The notes beneath the pieces were generated by a model. That model saw only the letters and a program-made list of their open reading frames with translations. It was not told the origin of the DNA and ran no database searches. Position numbers and translations under genes: made by a program. A DNA stretch of 64,000 nt, taken from NCBI GenBank assembly GCA_038496445.1, contig JALMLS010000510.1, positions 1 through 64,000 of the forward strand, written 5' to 3'. This document shows positions 13,666 to 23,849 of the stretch, one piece after another. Source of the stretch: Trichosphaerium sp. ATCC 40318 (lineage: Eukaryota > Protista > Tubulinea). How positions within the stretch are numbered: position 1 is the stretch's first letter; each line of letters opens with the position of its first letter.

Positions 13666-14460
13666 GGTATTCGTGTTCGAATCTGGGGTACCGGTGACAC
13701 AACCATACCTGCTCATTGCTGGCCTGTGAGTACGTACAAACTTTTCTTTTTTGCTAGAAGAACGAATATGCCGATAATTCTATTTTAGGACACTTACTTA
13801 TTTGTTCAATTTCTCAAGTACCTCCATAGTTCATCGAATATTTATCACCAGGCTGATGTTAACGATACCTACCAGCGATGACTGCTGGTTCTATTGGCAG
13901 TTACCGCAATTCCTAGATGTCAACGGCTTCAGACTAAATGCCATTGTACCTGCTGTGCTCTATAATCGTACGTGGCTTAAACCTTTCTATAGGCGTAAAA
14001 CTAGGTGATACTTGGATATACAGATTGAAGTTTCAGATGATGAAACTGAGCTGACAGCTTCTTACAACAAATGGTGTTTTTTACCTCAGGCCCGTGCCTT
14101 GTCAAAAGCTCCTACGCTTACTAAAAAAGGCGATTTCTTGGTTTCTGATTTCGAGTCTATGCTTGGTATTGGTAGAATCGCATTGTTCAAGCAGGATGTA
14201 GAAATTCAACATATGTTCAAGACATTGCTAGAGCTTGAAAAGTCGTAATCAAACACTCAGCACGTGATCCAAATATAATGCCTTTTTCTTCAGGAAGGTC
14301 ACTTTACGTTCACTCTTGGCGTCGTTGTTGAGTCTTCGTTCATGCTGGAGATCCTAGAAGCCGATCAAAAACAATCCAAACAATGGATGAAACGCTATCG
14401 CGAAGAAGAAAGTAATTGTAAAGAAGGAAGGGAACTGGAAAAAGAGCGAGAACTTTAACT
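13666..14460 (+). CDS. Hypothetical spliced or degraded gene
   Basis: Exon-like open frames with GT-AG introns (GTGAGT at about 13726, GTACGT at about 13968); frames not fully reconcilable. Confidence 0.25.
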
Positions 14461-15103
14461 CTCCAAAGAGAAACAAAAACAAAAAACACAAAGGGAAAGG
14501 ACTTCGTAATAAAAAGTAAAAGGCTTGAACACCATGGTAGTAAAACTATTTGACCGTTAAATTGTACTCCAGTAGTTTTTTTTGTAACATGCTTTTTAGC
14601 ACTGACGCTGGTTTTCGCTAATCACGGTTAAGAACACGCCTAAAGTGCCAAATCAAGCCTCAAAAGGTTTGAAATGTTATGAGCGCTAACCACAAAGAGT
14701 CTAGTTCTATCAGTAAACAGCACCGTTTACTACAATATTGCTAACTGACACAAGAATTACATTTACTACAAGTTTCAAAAAAAAGTCATTAGCACGGTGC
14801 AAGTGTACCCCTTTGTTACGAGAGTCCATACTAACTAGGCGTCTCATGCTTTTCTTTCTACTACTAGAAAGTGCTGTATCTGGAATTACTTTTAGATGAC
14901 CAGATCAAGTACCGTAACGAAGGTAACAGCTGCTATGAGGGCTGCCTCGGGCATCAAACCGAAGCTGCTGGAAGTGTCCTGCCTGCTCTTGAATTAATAG
15001 TAACAGGCTCTATACGTGATGAATCGCAGGCTACTAGAAGTTGCAATTTGTTTTGTTTTATAGAGCGTAATTCTTCCCAGAAATAAATTGTGGGATACAG
15101 AGC

Positions 15104-15440
15104 GCACTTCACTGAAAATTCTATTGCAATTACTCAAATATGGATAATGCACATTTCAAAGCGCTCTCAAAGGCGCGTGGTAATTATTCACATACATAGA
15201 AACCTTAGCAGCGATGTTTTTGTTCAAAAAACGTGACACTAACCGATATCTTCCGTTTTCAGTCTACGTTCATACACTTCACTGAATTATCCACTTAAAA
15301 TACTCAAATATGGATAATGCACATTTCAAAATGCTCATAAATGCTTGTGATAGCTATTTACATACGTGGAAGCCGAACCAGTGATGTTTTGGTTTGCAAA
15401 ACATGCTACCAAGCGATACCTTTTGTTTTCTGGTTGTATT
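15104..15440. repeat. Two diverged tandem copies of a ~171-bp unit
   Basis: CACTTCACTGAA...TACTCAAATATGGATAATGCACATTTCAAA occurs at about 15104 and 15275. Confidence 0.75.
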
Positions 15441-15612
15441 GTCGATATCTGACTTTTTTCTAACTTTACAATTTAACGTGACTTGAGGCAAATGGCAAAA
15501 ATCAACAACAAGGTACAACATGTTGACGGTTTGTTCTTATGATTTCGGATTTAGATAAACCACATATTTATACCATCATATTATACAAGCATGATAGGTC
15601 ATTACGTTAACA

Positions 15613-17258
15613 AAAAAAAAAAAAAAAAAAAAGTCAATAACGATCTTTATACAGCCAACCCACCTCTAGCCTCCAAAGGGCTACGCCGAAGCGCTTGGGT
15701 TGGCTGTTATAATAAATGCTATGGAATTACATTATTATTATTTGTGTTATTGGGAAAGAGTGGTATTGCCTCGGCAATAGGGAGGAATTGACGCATACGT
15801 TTTATTTTTGCTTGCCATCTTACGTAGTGCATTGGTACGTGTAGTCCATTATCTTTTTTCAATGTGTGAGTTTCTTGACATCTAGATCGGTATTTGTTAT
15901 AAAGATATGTGATATACATGTGATTTAGTCGTTTTGCTAAAGCGTTGATTAGGTTAGATTTGTTTGTACCTGTTTTATTTTTTAATTCTTCTATGAATTC
16001 TTCAGTAACATATCCTTGTGAACCTCTAAAATTGGTGGGGCTGATATTGTTTTTGGTTAAATACCATGGTTTGACTTTATAATCTTTAGTTTTGTAGTAA
16101 GCGAGCTGCCAAGTTTTGCAAGTTCTATTTGGTCTTTTGACGGGTTAGTTTTACTTTTGGTTGGCCATTTAGATTTACAGAATAGGTTGTTACCACCTGC
16201 ATGTTCGTTATATGAGGCGATAGGTTTTTTTGTGGATTTGTTTTTCTCCAGAAATTCTTGTATTATTCTGTTTGTGATTTTAGATCGTTGATCTCACGTT
16301 TTCGCATATGCAGAAGTGTTGAAAGTTTTCTGTACATTGAACATTTTTATGCTTACATAGGGTGCAGTAGTCGTTGGGGTATTTAATTTGATTACAAAGC
16401 TGGTAAGCTTGAACGTGTCCTTTGGTTTTGCTACGTTTATGTTGGAATTCGTTAAGGGGTAGTGTATTCGTCGTACTTTTAGGAGCCAAAGTTTGATTGG
16501 AGTTGAGAGATGAGTGATGGGTGTATAGGATGATAGTGGTAGGATTAGATTTTTCCTTGATCTTCCATAGTCCTTAGCATTATTTTGTAAACTTATCACG
16601 TGTTTTTCGTGTTGGATGGTTTTTAGTTTTCTAAATAGATTGCCTTGTATTGTTCCTGACGTTTTAGTTATAACCCAATCTTCACTTCCAATTGGTATAT
16701 TTTTTGATGGTATGACTGTCGCATTTGATATACCTGCCATTCTGTCTGCTATGTCGTTTAGATCAATAAAGAGTGATGCTACTTTTTTGGTGTATTTTTC
16801 TTCAATCTGTGCTATTCTTTGAGTGATGTTGTTTCTATTACGCTTTTGTTTATCTGTTTTTGTATGACTTGGAATCCATTCGAATGTTGTTGAACCAGAT
16901 CTTATTTTTAGTTGATGGTGAATACGATTTAGTGTGAGCGTGGTCTACTTTCCTTCGTTCATTTCCAGTTTTCTATTCCATTGATTGCTGATGTGGAGTC
17001 TACTAGAATCATGATGTCTACTTCTAAGGGGCTAGTTTAAGTGCAAGTTCTATTGCTTCAAGTTCTGCATTTGTAGATGTTTGTTCAAATAATACAGTAC
17101 GATTGAATTTGGTCATTGCGTTGAGAACTACTGAGAAATATGCTCCTTTAGAAGTTACTGATCCATCTGTAGCCATAACGTATTTGGACTGTATTTTATT
17201 GCAGTTAGATACAAAGGTTTGTTTGTCCATTCTAATAACTGAGTGTTCTGTTCTATGA
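15613..17258 (-). mobile_element. 5'-truncated non-LTR retrotransposon (RNase H + CCHC zinc knuckle), 12-bp TSD, sense-strand poly(T) tail
   Basis: VMATDGSV...TSTNAELEAIELAL...FEWIPSHT (RNase H) and YCTLCKHKNVQCTENFQHFCIC. ATTACGTTAACA at 15601-15612 and 17259-17270. A-run of ~20 nt on plus at 15613-15632. Confidence 0.85.
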
Positions 17259-17354
17259 ATTACGTTAACACAAGATGTTTGACTTTAATGTGACTTTCGA
17301 ATGTCATTTTGCCACCAAGGTAAAATCTGGTGAACAGCTGTCGCAACTACGTCA

Positions 17355-18075
17355 ATGGAAAAAATCACCGCCAAGGTACATACGTTATGAAAACAGGGTA
17401 AAATGTTGAGACCCAGCTAGATATCTTGTCTATTAAACCTCCCGTATGAAATACAGCTAGATATCATTGATTTAGACTTTGAAGTGTATGTAAAGTGGCC
17501 GTTATCATCAAAATACACAGCAACACTGAGTTTCGATGATGAAATGAATAAACATGGTAAGTGGCTTACCCGCAACACACTTGTAAATGTTGAAACGTCG
17601 AACCATTATCATTGATAAACAAAGTAAACATGAAGGAGAGCAAAGAGTGGCAAAATGGTAAACTGTACATGAAGTATTATGTCATCAAAGGCAAGATTGA
17701 GGGAGTTTTTGAAGAGTTTTATTTAAACAATGGAAGATTGCGCATGAATTGTAATTACATTAACGGCAAAACAGAAGGAGATTGCAAATATTGGTTTATC
17801 AATGGGCAATGAGACAACAACACACTATAAAAGAGCCAAGATAGAAGGATCTTGCAAAGTATGGAGTGAGAAGGGTCAATTGATTGAACAGCGTTATTAC
17901 GTCAATGGCAACATGGAAGGAGAGTCTAAACATTGGAATGAAGCAGAGCAATTGGTTTTACTTAAAAATTATATATTTTAAAAATGGACAATGCTATTAT
18001 GCTAATGGTAGATGGAAGGTAAATATAAGACATGGAACAAGCAAGGTATATTGACATATGAAGCCACTTATTAAT
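17355..18075 (+). pseudogene. MORN-variant repeat pseudogene, paralog of 12782-13502
   Basis: LNLPYEIQLDIIDLDFEVYVKWPL...FDDEMNKHGKW matches the paralog; contains stops and frameshifts. Confidence 0.8.
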
Positions 18076-18452
18076 TTTGAATGTTGTTGTACATTCAAAG
18101 TTTGATGGTTCAGAGCTGGAGCATCATGTGCTGTTGTGGTCGAGCCAGTATTTTGAAACCGTTTGAGCAAAATAAGCCACATGTGCAACTTCAGTACAAT
18201 TGTCGTGCTTAGAGGTTTTGACACTGCAGTTGAAGGTACAGCCACACTTTGTAAATATTATTGGCTATGCCAGCAGTCACATATAGAGGTGGGCGTTTAA
18301 CGGGCTTTTGCCAGCTAAGATCGGACAGGACTGCATGGCTTTACTCCCATTTTTTTCTTACAAAAAGAAGGGTGATTGAGTCATAGCCTGCAAATTGAAT
18401 CTCAGTGTTATAGAGTTATGAGATCTAGCACTGAGTTCATAGTGTCCTCCGC

Positions 18453-18606
18453 TTGAGTGCTACCACTACACCATAAACATGAGTGTCATCTGTCCAGATT
18501 CGAACTGGAATCTTCAATGTACGAATGATGATATGCTAACCTTTACACCACAGATGACGGAATGCTTACTCGGAATCGAACCGAGGCCACAACCTCTTGA
18601 GAGTTA
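18453..18606 (-). tRNA. Circularly permuted tRNA-like gene (3' piece 18606-18561 with CAA anticodon; 5' piece 18480-18453)
   Basis: 3' piece TAACT-CTCAAGA-GGTTG-TGGC-CTCGG-TTCGATT-CCGAG-TAAGCAT-T lies upstream of 5' piece ATGTTTA-TG-GTGT-AGTGGTA-GCAC-T-CAA. Acceptor ATGTTTA/TAAGCAT pairs 7/7 (one G-U). Confidence 0.7.
18484..18558 (-). tRNA. tRNA-like gene nested in the permuted gene's spacer; aberrant anticodon arm
   Basis: GTCATCTG/CAGATGAC 8-bp acceptor, D arm GTGT-AAAGGTTA-GCAT, T arm TCCAG-TTCGAAT-CTGGA. Anticodon region TCATCATTCGTACATTGA forms only ~3 bp. Confidence 0.65.
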
Positions 18607-19156
18607 TTGAAGAGGATACTGTTTGCTTGGCAGTTTGACATTAGAGCACCCTTGTCCATTCTTGTCAGTAGTGTCATATAAAACGTGATGACACTTGTTC
18701 TGAAAAAATTGTGGTAATGTTACAGTTACTGTGTACGTTTAGCATGGTATATCCATACAAATAATGAGGAAAAAAGTCAGTACTTCGCCCCAATGGAGTT
18801 TCATTCTGCAAAAATTCTCATAAGAAGACATTATTTTCACGTGTTTTCCAGCGTGTTTAATTAAATACACCCACCAACAGAGGCTTCGCCACTCGCTTTC
18901 TATTATTCCTTGAGCACTCGGCTACCATCAATACAAACAAAGACGCACCAAATTTTATTCTCACGGAGAAGTGTATATTGTAAAAACCACTCAATTGCAA
19001 ATCAGTGTATCTCAAACCAGAAAACAGAATTTTTTACAAGACAGACAGAACTTTGTTAAAATGAAGAAACCTTAGAATCTGAACTAAAGTAGATCTTCCG
19101 TTTACTAGCGTTGTATTTATGGGTTTGACGTCCTCATCCCACAACAAAGTTGTGAG

Positions 19157-19993
19157 CTAGTATCTATTTATCGTAGCAGCACTAGTCAATGCCTTGACAG
19201 TTTCGTCAGATGCCATTTCCCAGCAGTCCAAGTTTATAGTATGCACACCTGAAAGAGCTTTTAATAGTTCTTTTGTTATTGTCAAACATAGCAAGCTAAT
19301 TTCATGAACACCAGCCAACGCCTTGATACCTGAATCTGTTATCATACTACAAAAGTCCAAGGTGATAGTATGAACACCTGCCAACGCCTTCAAACCGTCA
19401 TCAGTTACTTCTGTATTAGACAAATCAATAGTATGTACACCTGCCAATGCCTTCACACCTTCATCTGTTACTTTTGTATGTACTAAGTCAATATCATACA
19501 CACCTGCCAACGCCTTTATACCCTCATCAGTTACTTCTGTACCAGTTAAATCAATAGTATGAACACCTGCCAACGCCTTTATACCATCATCTGTTACTTT
19601 GGTATAAGACAAATCAATAGTATGTACACCTGCCAATGTCTTTATACCCTCATCTGTTACTAAATTACAAAGGTACAGGCTGATGGTGTGTACGCCGGAA
19701 AGTAACTGCAAGTGAACATCAGTAACAGTTCTAGCAAATTTCTGATCAAATGAAATTGTTGTGTTTTGAATTAAAGGACTTCCAGAAAGAACTTTCACTT
19801 CGTTTTCGCTTCTTACAACTATTTCACCATATCCAACATGGTTATGGACAATATCTCTTAAAAAGTGGCATGTTTGGGCTGAACGGAGTGTATCTGTCCC
19901 TTGTTTGAGAATATGGACAATTACTTCAACTGGGAAGTCAGTAAGGTAGAATATTTGCTTTGTTTGTAGGTCAAACGTGTTTTTCTTTTCCAT
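19157..19993 (-). CDS. Intronless F-box + LRR protein
   Basis: LTDFPVEVIVHIL F-box followed by about 8 VTDEGIKALAGVHTIDL repeats. Confidence 0.9.
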   Translation of the reverse strand: MEKKNTFDLQTKQIFYLTDFPVEVIVHILKQGTDTLRSAQTCHFLRDIVHNHVGYGEIVVRSENEVKVLSGSPLIQNTTISFDQKFARTVTDVHLQLLSGVHTISLYLCNLVTDEGIKTLAGVHTIDLSYTKVTDDGIKALAGVHTIDLTGTEVTDEGIKALAGVYDIDLVHTKVTDEGVKALAGVHTIDLSNTEVTDDGLKALAGVHTITLDFCSMITDSGIKALAGVHEISLLCLTITKELLKALSGVHTINLDCWEMASDETVKALTSAATINRY

Positions 19994-20542
19994 AGAGCTA
20001 ATTTGTACGTTAATAGATCTAATTACTTTAGTTTCGCCTCAAAGTCGTTTCTGTTTGTTGTGTAGTAGGGCTTTGCTGTTTCGCTGAAATTTCTTGTTCA
20101 ACTTAATATAAAAAAAATCACGTGATTGTCCATGAAAGAAGTTTTATTCTCAACTGGCACTTGAGACAATGCCGAACAACATTTTCTACGCTCAAAAAAA
20201 GAAATACAGAGATGTTAACCAATTGTGGTTAGTGAAGTTAAACGACTGGCAGTCAGAGAAATTTGCATTTTATGAGTTTGTGGTTGGAATAGCGAAGAGG
20301 GGGTTGAGAATGCTTCTGTTCTTGAAAGGATTAAGGATAATAACCTAACGAAAAGTATCTACACTTTTTTAATTGCTCAGCAACAAGGGGAGTAGAGTCT
20401 GAAAAAGGCAGGGTTTAGAATTCTGATAAAACTTGGAAACTCCAAACAATACAACGTTATTGTTCATTTGTTGAACTTGGTCACCATACAAAAATACAAC
20501 AATAAAAGAGGCCTTGAGGTGGAGAAAGAGAAGTACTTTGGT

Positions 20543-22788
20543 TTATTGAATTGCATGTTTGGATAGCGCAATCACTTCATTTGCAACGTGTACATAATCA
20601 TCTGATGTGTATCTCATAAAATAATCTAGTATTGGAGCTTTACGTATTGGAGAAACACCAAGGTCATTGAGTAGTGTTTCAATGTAGTTAAAGAATCGAG
20701 TACTAACTACTTGTGCCATTGTTTTCTCATAAGTCAAGTTTTCACGTTTCCATTTCGAAATTCTTTCAATTTCTTGATACTGCTCTTGTTCTGAAGGTAA
20801 ATATATATCCCCCCTTATCATAGCAAGCAACCACAATGCTCCTAACATTAATCGTTAGAAGAACGGTTCAAAGGTGGTAAAGATATCAGCAAGTTTCACT
20901 CTTTTTTTTTTCTTCTTTATTTCTTACCTATTTCAGCTGTTACGCTTGTCATGAATGATGCAGCGTATCCGCAAAATCCAATATTTGGCAAATCAGGGTG
21001 TATCAAGTGACGATATAGTTGTATACCTCCATCACGTTTAGTATTGATTTTATCAACAAACATTTTTGGAAGGATACTATGTTCTTGCTTGAAGCCAGTA
21101 GCAAGAATAACAAGATCTATTCCAGTTATTTTTTCTCCGTTTGAAAGTGTCACAGTTTTGTTTTTCCACGATTGTATCTCTGCTTTGTAAGCCTTTATCT
21201 TCCCACTTCTTTGGTAGTTGAAGTAGTCAGTGGGTTCAAGAGCAATAGAAGCACGCATATCACGTGTCAACCTAGATAAAAACTAAATACAAGAACACTC
21301 AAGAAGATAAGTTATACTTGTCTTCCGGATACACGACATCCGTTTTTTTAATACCAACGCTCTTAGAAATAATCCACTCGAAGCAGTCCCAAGTGATCTT
21401 ATGAAATCCAGGTATTGAAGCCATTATACTCTGTGAAAGATTGTACCTGAACCAAGGAATAGGGTCACAACCAAATTTTGAACCAAAAACAAAACGGTAG
21501 TGAATGAAGCCTGTAATATTGAAGTTAACTTAACAGAGTTGCGTTTTTAAGTCTAAAACTAACCAAAAAGGTATTGTGGAATAACCCATCTCGCTTTCCT
21601 AAACACGTGATGACATTCACGGCCTTTATCAGCAGCTTGAGTAGTAATAGATAAAGCTGCACGACCAAATCCAACAACAAGAATACGTTTTCCTTCAAGT
21701 TGAGTTGTATCAGTGTAAGCTGTGTTATGAATAACTTCGATGCTGTCATCAAAGATTGTCTCGCCATTCTTCACCCAGTTTTCTTTTTTTAATTGTTCTA
21801 GTAGAATAAATAAATGGATATATTAGCATGGATGGATATATAATCTAACCTGGGATATTCGGTGCATGTCCATACTGTCCAATAGCTGAAATCACAAAAT
21901 CAAATTCGAACGAGCTAGTTTCATCTTCTTCTCCGTCTGTTTTACGCGTATGTACAAGCCATTTTGTGTCTTTCTGTTCCCCTAGTTGTTCTATAGACGT
22001 CACTGTAGTATTGCAGGTGATATTTAGACGATTATGTTTAGCATATGCCTCAAAGTACCTGCAAACTGTGTCAACAGAAAACAATTCTGAAATCCCGATT
22101 TATTCAACAAAGGCCGCTGTACGTACTTCATCACTTCATGGGCAGTAGGATGGCCTGTAATGCTACTTTTATAGAAATCGGTGAACTGAAATTCATCTCC
22201 CCAGTTTTGAAGAGTGACATTAGGATAAGCTGTTGTTCAGAACTTTGTTACGAGACAGATAGTAAAAGAGAAAAAAAAAATTTAGCGAGAAGTACCCGTT
22301 CGCCAAACACCTCCTAATCCTTTGGCTTTTTCAAAAATAGTAACATCATGTCCATGTTTCTTAAACTGCTTTGCAGCGACTAGTCCAGATAAACCTGAAC
22401 CAATGACACATACTCTAAGCTCTAAAACAAAACGACTTAGTTTTTTTTTTGAAGAGCCAATCCAAATCACATTGGATTAAGACTTTAATGCGCAAGGTGA
22501 TGGCGTCATTGTCAGTACGGAACAAAATAGGTTATAAACAAATTAAAAGGTTGTTTGTGGTGCTTGTTTGCAAGTTTGCTCTTTATAAAGCAAACCGTAC
22601 TGATATTCATACAAAAAGTTTATCCGTAAAATCTATTTTGTAAAACTTCAACGTACTTGGACCAAGAACTACTCCAGAGTCTAATATTGTGCTCCTTTAG
22701 ATGATAGACGTTGTTGTTTTATGCTCTTAAGTATATACATCCAAGTTATCACAAGTAAAGCAAGCAGTGGTATCACTACAATGTACAT
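20543..22788 (-). CDS. Flavin-containing monooxygenase with N-terminal TM anchor (copy A)
   Basis: VCVIGSGLSGLVAAK...FEKAKGLGGVW, VIHNTAY, VVGFGRAA and ILATGF motifs. Confidence 0.9.
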
Positions 22789-23849
22789 CTTACAAACAGA
22801 GTTGTGCCTACTATCAGTACAGACGAAAATGATTAAATTTTTAGCCACAGGAGACTTAAAACAATTTTATCACATAAGTAGAATAACTTCGATGCGCAAT
22901 AAACGCTGCCTTTTCTATTTTACGACGTGAAGGTCTTCCTCACGTGAAAGTTGTTTTGAAAAAAAAAAACCGAAACCAAAAAGATTGTTGCCTGTTTTGA
23001 TGTCTTCTTTCTGTGTACCTGAATAATAATAGTTACAGTAGCGGCATTTTATTTACGAACGCTAGTCTTTATTTCGTAATCGTAACATTTAGCAGCGTTC
23101 TCTGAAACTGTAAAATGTGAAAAAGATCAAAGTACCAATTATCAACCAGATAGCAAATCTAAACTCAACAATTTTCTGCGACTCCATGACTTAATTTTTG
23201 ACTTTAGTGATCACGTGAAACAAGGCTAAAGCTAAAGACTCACTCTCACTCACTTTAAAACATAAGCGTCAAGTATAGTTGTGACTAAAAGAGACCAAAC
23301 TTTTACTTACATATGTTAGTTTAGAGATGTTTTTGAGAACTGATAATTGTGAGTTTGCTGAACTTTTCTAAAATACAAGGGCGTAGAGTCTGAAAAAAGG
23401 GTTCAGAATTTTGCTAAAACTTGGAATTTAAATAATGTTTTGGCATAACATACCGTAACAGGGAAAACTGGAAGTTAGTAAAATCTGGAAATGTAAAGGA
23501 AGTTACGATGGAAGCGTTTTGTTCTCACCACGCCATCAATAAATATACCACATAATCTTAACCCCTTTGAGGGCCTAACATCCCTTTTTACATATCCCTA
23601 AAACAGTACAAAAGGCAACAATTAGGTAGCGGACACTACTGATAAACAGAAATACCTCACAGAAAGCCTTAAAGTATCTCGGGTAGTTTAACCGATATTC
23701 ACAGAATAGCGCCCAACCAGCACTGTGATTTAGCTTCATTTGGCTTGTACGCAAAGAACAAGTGAAGCTGCTGCTGACAAACCTTAAAAATACTCATACA
23801 ATCTCATTTACGCTATTCCCACCGGTATACAGGATAAAACAACTTAAGA

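Noticed and set aside
13670-13690. B-box-like GTTCGAATC
   Set aside because: No T stem or matching A box; it lies in a probable exon.
6410-20000. Intact endogenous giant virus
   Set aside because: No capsid, polymerase or packaging ATPase; virus-like genes alternate with intron-rich host genes.
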